Assembly (NCBI GenBank): GCA_963695645.1
Contig: CAVOHC010000004.1
Coordinates: forward strand, 150,948-214,947
Reading direction: 5' to 3'
DNA from: an uncultured Actinomycetota bacterium
GTDB taxonomy: Bacteria > Actinomycetota > Actinomycetes > Streptosporangiales > Streptosporangiaceae
DNA length: 64,000 nucleotides
This document shows, piece after piece, positions 35,996-45,214 of this stretch (positions within the stretch are counted from its first letter, which is position 1; each line of letters starts with the position of its first letter). The notes under the pieces are model-generated. The model was not told the DNA's origin. It searched no databases and saw only the letters and a list, made by a program, of their open reading frames with translations. Made by a program: the position numbers and the translations under genes.

Positions 35996-37009
35996 CTATC
36001 CGCCGACTGGGCTCGTGCTCCTGCCGGGGCGCGATCGCCGGCCTGCCGACAACCACCGGAGGATGTCGGGAAGCACGTCTAGCGCGCCGAAATGGGCAGC
36101 CCCCGCCTGAACCACCACGGCCGCGCTGGGGATCTTGTCGGCGAGCCACCTCGCGTGGCTGACTGGGGAGAACACGTCGCTCGCGCCGTGCCAGAGCAGG
36201 ACGGGCACCGTGACAGAGGCCGGGTCAAATCCCCATGGCGAGCAAAACGCCAGCACGTCATCGATCCAGCCATAGTCCGACGTCCGCAACGCCTCGGCAT
36301 AGGTCTCTATCAGCATCGACCGGATGCCCCGGTCCGCCACCACCCGCCGGTCCGGGTCGGGCAGCTCGGCCTGGAGCCTGGCGATCAGGCTAGCGGGGTT
36401 GGCGCGGACGGCGCTGGCGACCGCCTTGGTATGGGCGACTATGTCCTCGTAGCCGTTCGCCGCCGCCGTGTACTCGATGACATTCGACCGCGCCATACCG
36501 TCGAACCAGTCAAGCCCGTCAGCGCCGTGCGGGGCGAGTCCTACCAGGACTGCCGCCTTCGTCGTCCGCTCGGGTAGCAACGCGGCACAGGCGAGAGCAT
36601 GGGGGCCGCCGCCCGATCGGCCGACGACCGAGAACTTCTCCAGCCCATAGGCATCGGCGATAGTCAGTACATCGGCTGCTACGTCCACCACCCTCCGACC
36701 GGCTAAACGGTCCGATTCCCCATAACCGGGGCGGTCGAAGGAGATCAGCCGGACGCCAAGCCGGTGCAGAACAGCGGATCGGGGACGGGGCCCTAACCGG
36801 CTTCCTGGAGTTCCATGCAGGAGGAACACGGGTCTGCCGTCGCAGTCGCCGTACGCCTGGGTGGAAAGTCGCCTGCCGTCGGCCGTTCGCACCGTGTACT
36901 TCAAGATCGTCCCTTGCCCCATTCGCGCCGCTTGGGTCATCCGGGGGGCGGCGTAGCTTCCAGCATGCCGCCGCTGGCCCGGCAACGGAAGAGACGCAGG
37001 CTCGGCCAT
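35996..37009 (-). CDS. Alpha/beta-fold hydrolase (proline iminopeptidase-like)
   Basis: PVFLLHGTPGSRLG, ISFDRPGYGESD and the nucleophile elbow VVGRSGGGPHAL are present. The start could be 37009, 36940 or 36922. It is convergent with fxsT with a 3-nt gap. Confidence 0.8.
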   Translation of the reverse strand: MAEPASLPLPGQRRHAGSYAAPRMTQAARMGQGTILKYTVRTADGRRLSTQAYGDCDGRPVFLLHGTPGSRLGPRPRSAVLHRLGVRLISFDRPGYGESDRLAGRRVVDVAADVLTIADAYGLEKFSVVGRSGGGPHALACAALLPERTTKAAVLVGLAPHGADGLDWFDGMARSNVIEYTAAANGYEDIVAHTKAVASAVRANPASLIARLQAELPDPDRRVVADRGIRSMLIETYAEALRTSDYGWIDDVLAFCSPWGFDPASVTVPVLLWHGASDVFSPVSHARWLADKIPSAAVVVQAGAAHFGALDVLPDILRWLSAGRRSRPGRSTSPVGG

Positions 37010-37087
37010 GAGAACGAGGCAGATGTTATGCGGTCAGCCTGGGCCGCGACCGGCGGCTGACGTTGCTGCCGGTCAAGCGCTCGCTCC

Positions 37088-37315
37088 TCACTGCCAATCG
37101 CGGGCGACCCGATCGATCCGCGCGCGCAGCCTCGGATCATCCATCCACAGGGCGATCATGGCGCGGATGCGGGCCGCGGACCGGATGCCGTCCCGCGTGT
37201 GAGCGGCACCGAGTGCCTGGACCTGCCGGGCCGTGGTGCGCAGCGCCAGGCGGCTTCCGTAGAACATCGGCGATTCCGCTGCCGTCCCCGCAGTTACCTT
37301 CGGCTTGTCTGGCAT
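37088..37315 (-). CDS. Small hypothetical protein (75 aa)
   Basis: An ATG-initiated ORF in an otherwise empty gap. I recognise no family and the coding signal is weak. Confidence 0.3.
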   Translation of the reverse strand: MPDKPKVTAGTAAESPMFYGSRLALRTTARQVQALGAAHTRDGIRSAARIRAMIALWMDDPRLRARIDRVARDWQ

Positions 37316-37879
37316 CGTGCACCCCCCCGGCTAGAGACACCAGGCCGATCATCGAAGCCTAACCACCGCTGGCCTGTCGAGGATTCCGCAGTGCCTGGTC
37401 AGGGCAACGAGACGGCCGCCGGAACGGCTGGTTACCGGATGGCTCGCCCCGCGGCCGGTGCAGGTCTCCCGGGCCACCCCGCTCACCTGCTCGTTCAAGG
37501 CGGGACTGCGATCCCGAACGGCAGCCTTCCCTTCTCGGGTCGATGTGATGAACGGCCGCACTTGGCCGCGCATCCCGGTCCGGCCCTCCAGGCGGCGCGC
37601 CCGCAACAGGTGAACCGCGATTTGTATCAGGCAGCCTGCTTGCCGCCTCTGAGCCTGCGAGACCGCAGTAACCCCGAACGTGCGCCCGGTGCGAGGGAGA
37701 AGCACATCACACGCACGCGTGCTGGACGCCATGACGCTGGCCGGGCCAGGAACCGGAACCGGCACGAGCCACAGGTTGAGCAGCCATTCGAGGAGAACCG
37801 GCGATGGATCGCCGGCGAGCATCCGACGGGCTCTTGCGCGATCCGCGCGCAGGCCAAGGAGAGGGGACTGGGAAGGCAG

Positions 37880-39640
37880 ATGCGGATCTTACTTATGGCG
37901 AGCGCCTATAACAGCATGACGCAGCGGGTCCACGCCGAGCTTGCCGATCGCGGGCACGAGGTGGCGGTCGAGCTGGCGCTCGGAGCGGAGTTAATGCGCG
38001 AGGGGGTCCGCCGCTGCGACCCGGATCTGGTTATCGCGCCGATGCTGACCACGGCGATCCCGGCCGATATCTGGTCGGCCCGCCCGTGTTTCATCGTGCA
38101 CCCCGGGCCCAGGGGTGACCGGGGCCCGTCCTCGCTCGACTGGGCGATCATGGGCGGCGCCGGGCGCTGGGGCGTCACGGTGCTGCAGGCGAACGCGCAG
38201 ATGGACGCCGGTGACATCTGGGCGAGCGCGGAGTTCACGATGCCCGCCTGCTCGAAGAGCTCGCTGTACCGCACTGAAGTCGCGGACGCCGCGCTGCAGG
38301 CGGTGCTGCTGGCGGTAGCCCGGTTCGCGGGGGGCCGCTACCGGCCCGAGCCGCTGGACTACAGCCGCCCCGAGGTGTCCGGTCAGTGCCGCCCGCCGTG
38401 CCGGCAGGCCGATCGCAGGATCGACTGGTCAGCAGAGCCCGCCGCCGCGGTGGCGGCGAAGCTGCGGGCGGCCGACTCCAGCCCCGGCGTCCTGGACGTC
38501 ATCGACGGCGCCGGGTACTACCTGTTCGGCGGGTACGAGGAAGACGACCTGCGCGGCGAGCCAGGGGCGATCATCGCGCGGCGCGACGGCGCGATCTGCC
38601 GGGCGACCGCAGACGGGGCGGTCTGGATCCCGCAGCTGCGCGCCCGCCCGGCGCCCGGCGGGCCGGGAACCGTCAAGCTGCCGGCCACCCTCGCGCTGCG
38701 CGGATCACTGGCGGGCGTACCGCGGGTCCGGGCGCCGCTGACCGCACCGCCGGGCCGGCGCACATACCAGCAGATCAGCTACCGCGAGGCCGACGGCGTC
38801 GGCTACCTGGAGTTCTCCTTCCCCGGCGGCGCCATGAGCACCGGCCAGTGCCACCGCCTGCTCGCCGCCTACCGGCACGCGCAGGCCCGTCCGGTGCGGG
38901 TGATCGTGCTCGGCGGCACCCGGGACTTGTTCGCCAACGGCATCCACCTGAACGTGATCGAGGCCGCCGACGATCCCGCGGAAGAGTCCTGGCGGAATAT
39001 CAACGCCATCGATGACCTGGCCGAGGCGATCCTGACCACCACCGGCAAGCTCACCGTGGCGGCGCTCGCCGGCAACGCCGCGGCCGGCGGCCTGATGCTC
39101 GCGCTCGCCGCCGACGAAGTCTGGTGCCGAGACGGCGCGGTCCTCAACCCGCACTACCGGCTGCTGGGCCTGCATGGCTCGGAATACTGGACCTACACGC
39201 TGCCCCGCCGCGTCGGCGCGGAACAGGCAGCCCGGCTCACCGAGGCATGCCTGCCGGTCAGCCCCGCCTCCGCACTGCGATGCGGCCTGGTCGACCGGGT
39301 CATCAGGGGCGACATCGCCCGATACCACGCCCAGGTAGCCGCCCTGGCCTCGCAGCTGGCCCGCAGCCCCCGATACCCGGCGCGGCTGGCCGCAAAGGCA
39401 CAACAACTGACCGCGGCGCAAAAACAGCAGCCGCTGGCCGCCTACCGCGCCGCCGAACTAGCCATCATGCACCACAACTTCTCCGGCCCGGGCGAGCCCC
39501 ACGCCCAGCTGCGCCGTGCGTTCGTCTACAAAGACAAGCCAACGCGAACGCCACCCCACCTCGCCCGCCATCCGCTCCATCCCCTTGCCCGCCCGGGGCT
39601 ATCAGGAGGACGGGAAACGATCAGCATCCTCGACCGCTAG
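37880..39640 (+). CDS. hypX: HypX/HoxX-like protein (N-terminal formyltransferase-like plus C-terminal enoyl-CoA hydratase/crotonase-like)
   Basis: The ATG at 37880 (M228 of ORF 37199..39640) follows ggaagg. MRILLMASAYNSMTQRVHAEL...CFIVHPGPRGDRGPSSLDWAIMGG...VTVLQANAQMDAGDIW forms the N-terminal domain. The crotonase part reads VIVLGGTRDLFANGIHLNVIE...AALAGNAAAGGLMLALAADEVW. Confidence 0.72.
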   Translation: MRILLMASAYNSMTQRVHAELADRGHEVAVELALGAELMREGVRRCDPDLVIAPMLTTAIPADIWSARPCFIVHPGPRGDRGPSSLDWAIMGGAGRWGVTVLQANAQMDAGDIWASAEFTMPACSKSSLYRTEVADAALQAVLLAVARFAGGRYRPEPLDYSRPEVSGQCRPPCRQADRRIDWSAEPAAAVAAKLRAADSSPGVLDVIDGAGYYLFGGYEEDDLRGEPGAIIARRDGAICRATADGAVWIPQLRARPAPGGPGTVKLPATLALRGSLAGVPRVRAPLTAPPGRRTYQQISYREADGVGYLEFSFPGGAMSTGQCHRLLAAYRHAQARPVRVIVLGGTRDLFANGIHLNVIEAADDPAEESWRNINAIDDLAEAILTTTGKLTVAALAGNAAAGGLMLALAADEVWCRDGAVLNPHYRLLGLHGSEYWTYTLPRRVGAEQAARLTEACLPVSPASALRCGLVDRVIRGDIARYHAQVAALASQLARSPRYPARLAAKAQQLTAAQKQQPLAAYRAAELAIMHHNFSGPGEPHAQLRRAFVYKDKPTRTPPHLARHPLHPLARPGLSGGRETISILDR

Positions 39641-39747
39641 CCAGTCCGGTACCGTTCGGCGAGGAGCACCCTGGCCGCCCAGCATTGTGATTGGCGCCGG
39701 AACCAGGTGATTGGCGCCGGAACCAGGAGCTAGCAATTGGCTTCGAC

Positions 39748-39993
39748 CTATGCGCCGCCGCGCCCCTTGCCGGGCAGGTTCTCGCGGGTGCCGGCCGCGC
39801 CCCACAAGACGCCTTGGCGGTGCTGGCGGCCACCACCAGCGCAGCGGCGGCAACGGCGGTGCGAATAGCCGAAGATCGCCCCGTTGTGCCGCCCCGTGCC
39901 GTTGCAGGCGGGGCAGCGACGGAACGGGTGTAGACGCAGAGATATCAGCCACGCGACGACAAGTACTACCAGAATGAGAATTAACAGTCCCAT
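39748..39993 (-). CDS. Small membrane-anchored Cys-rich (CxxC...CxxC) protein
   Basis: MGLLILILVVLVVAWLISLRLHPFRRCPACNGTGRHNG...HRRCRRCAGGG has one transmembrane helix plus a zinc-ribbon-like pair of CxxC motifs. Confidence 0.45.
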   Translation of the reverse strand: MGLLILILVVLVVAWLISLRLHPFRRCPACNGTGRHNGAIFGYSHRRCRRCAGGGRQHRQGVLWGAAGTRENLPGKGRGGA

Positions 39994-40599
39994 GGGGTCA
40001 CAGTAGTGACGGCAGGCCTGGGAGGTGTCCAGTATCGGCAGTTCTTCCCGCTTCGATGATGGCCGGCTGGCCATGGCAACTACGGCACTCCGGTCCCAAT
40101 CCCGGGGCGCCGGCTGACCGGGCAGGTGCCAGGCAGGTGCTCAGGGAAGCTGCCGAGGCGGACGGCCAAGTGGGTCGCGGCGGCCTGGTTCGGGTCCGCC
40201 GCCCCTTAGCTGCGCGCGGGATCAGTCGTCGGCTGGAGCCGCTGCACCGAAGTGCTCCTGGCTGATCGATGTCGCGAACATGCAGCGGTCCGGGGTACTG
40301 GCTGCGGGCTGGCGGGCGAACTTTGGCTTGTCGGTGTTCGCCCGGAGTGTCATCATGGCTGATAGCTGGGTATGAACTACCCTGGTGGAAGTGCCATGTG
40401 ATGGATTGATCGCTTCCTGCACGTTGTTACTAAAGCAAAAGTGGAGGTCACCGCGGTAGGAGATAGCGATTTCCGGAGGTCCTGAGCTCGCCGCCCTATT
40501 GGCGCGGCGAAGGAGCCTCAGCACGGTAGCGAGGGGACGCGTAAGGAAAGTCAGTCGTCCGCACCAGCCCCAGCATCCACTGAGAGGAGGTAAGTTGAC

Positions 40600-40815
40600 A
40601 TGGGCTTTTTAAAGACCCTTTTCAGCACGACGGGCCTTTTCATCGTGGTCTACATCCTGATCGGTGTATTCACCAACACCGCGTCTCCTCATTTGCCGAC
40701 GACGACGGGCAGTCTGGCGACGCTCCATAGCTGGGTCCAGTACTTCATCTCCATCCTCTTCTGGCCCCTCAGCTTCTGGCATCCCACCTTCACATTGGGT
40801 AAATGGGCGCCCTGA
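40600..40815 (+). CDS. Small two-TM membrane protein (71 aa)
   Basis: A strong RBS (gagaggagg) sits 7-8 nt before the ATG. The product MGFLKTLFSTTGLFIVVYILIGVF...YFISILFWPLSFW has two hydrophobic helices. Confidence 0.5.
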   Translation: MGFLKTLFSTTGLFIVVYILIGVFTNTASPHLPTTTGSLATLHSWVQYFISILFWPLSFWHPTFTLGKWAP

Positions 40816-40819
40816 CCAG

Positions 40820-40981
40820 TCAGGGGCCGCCCGCAACATCCCGATCAGTGAGTTCGCACTTGGGGGCTTGGGCGAGCTGGGCCTGGGTGAGGCCGTGGCG
40901 CTTGCGTTCTTCGGCGAGCTGGTAGCCGCTCCGGCGGGCCGTCAGTTCCGTAGGCGGCGCGGTCCCACCTGGGGTGCTCAT
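40820..40981 (-). pseudogene. Remnant of an XRE-type HTH gene
   Basis: LAEERKRHGLTQAQLAQA resembles helices 1-2 of an XRE HTH, but the recognition helix is missing and the ORF ends after about 15 more residues. Confidence 0.3.
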
Positions 40982-41067
40982 CGCCCGGTTGTTCAGGTTA
41001 GCCTCGGCGGGCATGCTCGCCGGCCCCCGCGAGCCGCACTGCGATCCCGGCCCGGTGGCGGGTCCCG

Positions 41068-42315
41068 CTAAGGCGAAAGGTCCTCCCGGCACACGGGCTC
41101 CCGCTCGCCTTGCGCTACCTGGCCGCGTGGTGGCGGATCAGCGTGGATCGCGGCGGAGCCTGGACCGGGCACGGGCGTGGCGATAAGCGCCCAGGGCTGG
41201 CCGCGCCGCCGCGTCATCGTGAGCAGCACCCGCCGCCTGCCCGACAGCCGAAGGGCACGGCGTACCTGCTCGACGTCGCCCGCAAGCCCGCGCCGACGGA
41301 TGTCGACGGCGCCCACGTCCCTCGTCCGCAGCTCAGCGGTGAGGCTCTTCAGGTGCCAGGGCAGGCTGGCTTCGACGGCGTACCACCGGCCGAAAGGCGT
41401 GGGCATCGGCTCGCTGGCGCACAGGAACGCGATGTGCTCGTCGATCTGCCAGCTGCCCAGGGCCGCGGCGAGCTGCGCGACCAGGCCAGCCCGCGTGATC
41501 GCCGGGGACGGGTCGAGCAGGAAGGGCCCTGGGTCGCGCAAGTCCGCTGGCGGCTGCGCCGCCGGGTCACCCGCTAGCGTGTGCGGACCGGGCAGGACGG
41601 TAGCGCGCCGTGCGGCGCCGCCCGGCCACCAGAGCACTGCCTCCTTGAGTTCACGGCCGACCGCGACGAACTCGATCTCCCAGCCGGGCGGCACGGTATC
41701 AACGTCGATGCCGGGCGCTGCCTTGATCGTGACGGAGGCTGCCCGGTCGGGTAGCCCGAGACACCAGGACAGCGGCGGTGCATAGGCACCCGCCCGGTGC
41801 CGAACACCTGCGCTGCGCCGAGCCGGGTCGATGAACACCGCGGCATCGCGAACCCCGACCTCGCGCGCATCAGCGACGCAGACAACGGGTGCGCCCGCGT
41901 AGACCTGCGCGTTGTGCCGGGCGAGCGCCGCGTGCACCGGGTCGATATCGGCTCCGAGCAGCTCACGGTCGGGCGCGGACAGAGCGAGCAGGTCGCCGCC
42001 GATCCCGCAGCACAAGTCGATGATCCGCGCGTCAGTCATCGCAAGCAGCCGCCGCGCCCGCCAGCGCGCGGTGTCCGCCGAGCTTGCCTGCTCAAGGCCG
42101 TCGCGGGTGAAGAGCATCTCGTCGGCGCGGCTGAACTTGGCCCGTGCCTTGGCGCGTAGTTCCACCTGGGCCATCGCCGTCGCGACAAGCTCGGCCGGGT
42201 GCCGTACGCGCAGGTCTGTCGCCACTCGGAGCTCGGTCTCGCCGTCCCGCAGCCGCCGCTCGACCTGCGCGAGCACCGCTGCCCCCGCAGGTGTCAGCAA
42301 CACGTCGGGTGTCAT
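41068..42315 (-). CDS. Class I SAM-dependent methyltransferase with a THUMP-like C-terminal region
   Basis: The ATG at 42315 is M60 of ORF 41068..42492. FTRDGLEQASSADTARWRA and the SAM motif I IIDLCCGIGGDLLAL are followed by GADIDPVHAALARHNA. Confidence 0.75.
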   Translation of the reverse strand: MTPDVLLTPAGAAVLAQVERRLRDGETELRVATDLRVRHPAELVATAMAQVELRAKARAKFSRADEMLFTRDGLEQASSADTARWRARRLLAMTDARIIDLCCGIGGDLLALSAPDRELLGADIDPVHAALARHNAQVYAGAPVVCVADAREVGVRDAAVFIDPARRSAGVRHRAGAYAPPLSWCLGLPDRAASVTIKAAPGIDVDTVPPGWEIEFVAVGRELKEAVLWWPGGAARRATVLPGPHTLAGDPAAQPPADLRDPGPFLLDPSPAITRAGLVAQLAAALGSWQIDEHIAFLCASEPMPTPFGRWYAVEASLPWHLKSLTAELRTRDVGAVDIRRRGLAGDVEQVRRALRLSGRRRVLLTMTRRRGQPWALIATPVPGPGSAAIHADPPPRGQVAQGEREPVCREDLSP

Positions 42316-42729
42316 CCCGAGCTGGCACTCCGGTGGCCGCCCGCCTGCTCGCTCACCCCGCCGACCCGGGGCGCGCGACGAACAGATCGGATCGGCCGAC
42401 GTGGCGTTGCGGCATGGAAAGCATGCTCGCACCCTCCGGAGCCTGATCCTCGAGCAGACCCCCGGCGCGGTCGTCCGGCGACCGGTCAGCAATCCGCTCG
42501 GACAGACCGCTGCGCCGGGCCATCGAGGCCAGCGACCAGTGCGTGGCGTGCTTCGGGGGGTCCTCCAGCGTGGCTGTCACGACGTCCTCGACCTTGTCCA
42601 GCAGGATCGACAGCAGCAATCCCGCCGGGCCGCCGCCCACGATCCCTGCGTGCGACCGCGCTTGATGGCGTCGGTGGTGGTGTCCGTGCTGTCAGTGCCA
42701 GCATTGTCTCGGTCGCCGGTTGCCGGCGC

Positions 42730-44187
42730 CTAGAAGGGATAAGGCGCGATGTCGCCGCGGATCGTCACCCAGCGCGTGTCGGTGAACGCGTCCAGGTTGG
42801 CGTTGCCGCCGAAGCGGGCGCCGGTACCTGATGCGCGGATGCCGCCGAACGGGCTGTTCGGCGAGTCGTCGACGGTCTGGTCGTTGATGTGCACGATCCC
42901 GGTCGGGATCTTGCGGGCGAGTTCCAGGCCGCGCATCACGTCCTTGGTCAAGATGCCGAGAGACAAGCCGTACTCCGAATCGGCAGCCAGCTTTGCGGCT
43001 TCGTCTAGGGTCGAGAATCGGACCACCGGGGCGACCGGCCCGAAAACCTCGCTGGCGTAGGCGGGCATCGCGGGTGCCACATCGGCCAGCACCGTCGGCT
43101 TGTAGAACAGGCCCTCGTAGGTGCCGCCGGCCGCCAGCCGGGCGCCGTCCTGCACGCTGCCGGTGACCAGCGCGTGCACCTTGTCGCGCTGGCGCTCGTC
43201 GATGATCGGCCCGAGGGCGACCTGGCCCGATGCCGGGTCGCCGACTGGCAGGCGGGCTGCCTTCTCGGCCAGCCGGGCTACGTAGTCCTCGTAGACCGCC
43301 TCCTGCACCAGGTGGCGGCCGGTCGTCATGCAGATCTGGCCCTGGTGCAGGAACGAGCCCCAGGCGCCGGCCGACGCGGCCGCGTCGAGGTCGGCGTCGT
43401 CGAGGACGATCAGCGCCGAGTTGCCGCCGAGTTCGAGGTGGACTCGCTTGAGGTGCTGGCCGGCCAGGGCGCCGACGCGCAGGCCGGCGGCGGTGGAGCC
43501 TGTGAACGAGATCACGCCGACGCGCGAGTCGGTGACCAGCGCCTCGCCGACGTCGGGTCCGCCAGGCAGCACGTGCAGCAGACCCTCGGGCAGGCCGGCC
43601 TCCTCGAAGACCCTGGCGAGGACGACGCCGCCGCAGACGGCGGTCCGAGGGTCGGGCTTGAGCACGACGGCATTGCCCAGGGCCAGCGCCGGGGCCACCG
43701 AGCGGATTGCGAGGATCTGTGGGAAGTTGAACGGCGAGATCACCCCGACTACGCCGACCGGAACTCGCTCGGCGAAGCTGAGTTGGGGCTGCTCGCTGGG
43801 CAGCAGGTCGCCGCAAGGGCGGCCGGGCAGCGTGGCCGCCTCGAAGATCTCCTCCGTGGCGACATGAGTCTCGAACTGTGCGGCCGGCGGGATCTTCCCG
43901 CCCTCGCGGATGCTCCAGTCCTCGATGTCGGCGGCGTTGGCCAGCCAGATGTCGCCTGCCTTGCGCAGGATCGCGGCGCGCTGAGTGTAGGGCGTGGCGG
44001 CCCAGGCACTCTGAGCCCCGGCCGCTGCGGCGGCAGCCGCCGCGACGTCGGCCGGGTTCGCCATGCCTGCCCGGCCCAACTCGGTGCCGGTCGCCGGCTC
44101 GGTGACGGGCGACTCGCCGCCGCCTGCCCGCTTCCATCCGCCAGAGAACGCCTTGCCGTGCCAGATTGACTTGTCGAGAAGAGTCAC
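42730..44187 (-). CDS. NAD(P)-dependent aldehyde dehydrogenase (benzaldehyde dehydrogenase-like)
   Basis: ISPFNFP, FTGSTAAG, LELGGNSALIVLDDADLD, GQICMTTGRHLV and the EEVFGPV-type ASEVFGPVAPV are present. The GTG at 44187 follows ggaggag. Confidence 0.9.
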   Translation of the reverse strand: MTLLDKSIWHGKAFSGGWKRAGGGESPVTEPATGTELGRAGMANPADVAAAAAAAAGAQSAWAATPYTQRAAILRKAGDIWLANAADIEDWSIREGGKIPPAAQFETHVATEEIFEAATLPGRPCGDLLPSEQPQLSFAERVPVGVVGVISPFNFPQILAIRSVAPALALGNAVVLKPDPRTAVCGGVVLARVFEEAGLPEGLLHVLPGGPDVGEALVTDSRVGVISFTGSTAAGLRVGALAGQHLKRVHLELGGNSALIVLDDADLDAAASAGAWGSFLHQGQICMTTGRHLVQEAVYEDYVARLAEKAARLPVGDPASGQVALGPIIDERQRDKVHALVTGSVQDGARLAAGGTYEGLFYKPTVLADVAPAMPAYASEVFGPVAPVVRFSTLDEAAKLAADSEYGLSLGILTKDVMRGLELARKIPTGIVHINDQTVDDSPNSPFGGIRASGTGARFGGNANLDAFTDTRWVTIRGDIAPYPF

Positions 44188-44653
44188 GTTCGCTCCTCCA
44201 TCGCTTTCAGTTCATCAGGCTGGCTCGACGGCTCTCTGGGAGTCCCGGATACCCGCTCCGAGGTGGCGGGACAGGTTATGTGCGCATGTAGCTCAGCAGT
44301 TCCTTATTCGAACATTAGAAACCTATTTGTCTGGCCAGCCCGTGTCAACGCCGGACCTGCCGACTGCCCGGTCGACATCGCACTGAATTCCTTCTCGGAT
44401 GGGCGCGAGAGGACCGACAGCGCCGCCGTCGGCGCCAATGCTGCTGCACGCGGGAAGCAGCGGCGCGGACATCGCAAGTCCCGGGATACCGATGCCGGCC
44501 GCTCGTAGGAGCTGCCGCCTGCCGAGGTCGGCGCGCTGGTGACCGGGAGGTGGAGAAGCTTCACTGGTGCCCCTGTGGTTGGTGAGCGGCTGGGAACCAA
44601 TGGAGGCAGCGTGCTAAAAGTCAACATGTCGTTCGAATATATGAAACGCTATA

Positions 44654-45214
44654 ATGATTCGTAGCCATGCAACCCTTATCCACGCAGGAAACCCCCCCGA
44701 TCGAGGAACACGCCGCCGACCGCGCCCGCTCGGAAGGCGCGGCCTTTTCCCGGTCACCGGAACGGGCCTGATGATCTTGTCGTCCTTCAGTGAGGCAAGG
44801 ATCGTCCTTGGCATCGCGGACCTTGCCCGGCCGTCCGAGCTCAAGAGCACTACGTGCCGGTATGTCGCTACGCTCGCCAAACTCGGTTACCTTCAGCAGG
44901 ATCCGGATACCAGGAAGTACTCCCTAGGCACGAAGGTCATCGACCTCGGGTTCGCGGCGCTCACGATGGAACTTACCCAGGTCGCCGCCCGGCACCTGCA
45001 GGCGCTGTCGGATGAGACCGGCTATTCCGCCAGCATGGCCGTCCTCGACGGCCCTGACATCGTCTACGTCGGCCGGAGCCGCAGCCAGCGCGGCGGCGGC
45101 CTGGCGTTCGACCTCGACCTACACGTCGGCACGAAGCTGCCGCCCGAGGTGCTGCTCGACGAACTAGCGCCGGTGGCGGTCACGATACGGCAAGGAGCGC
45201 TCCGGTGGAGATGA
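44654..45214 (+). CDS. IclR-family transcriptional regulator, C-terminally truncated
   Basis: The HTH part reads ILSSFSEARIVLGIADLARPSELKSTTCRYVATLAKLGYLQQDPDTRKYSLGTKVIDLG. The effector domain begins (LQALSDETGYSASMAVLDGPDIVYVGR...HVGTKLP), then the sequence diverges and stops. The start is uncertain (ATG 44654 or 44771). Confidence 0.55.
   Translation: MIRSHATLIHAGNPPDRGTRRRPRPLGRRGLFPVTGTGLMILSSFSEARIVLGIADLARPSELKSTTCRYVATLAKLGYLQQDPDTRKYSLGTKVIDLGFAALTMELTQVAARHLQALSDETGYSASMAVLDGPDIVYVGRSRSQRGGGLAFDLDLHVGTKLPPEVLLDELAPVAVTIRQGALRWR

Noticed and set aside
37199-37879. 227-aa N-terminal extension of the HypX-like ORF
   Set aside because: It is Arg/Pro-rich with no similarity to HypX. 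A good RBS (ggaagg) and the canonical HypX N-terminus MRILLMASAYN begin at 37880.
42692-44169. 481-aa minus-strand ORF and 331-aa + ORF overlapping the aldehyde dehydrogenase
   Set aside because: They are an alternative-frame and an antisense read of a gene whose ALDH motifs (ELGGNS, FTGST, catalytic Cys region) are unambiguous in frame 42730..44187.
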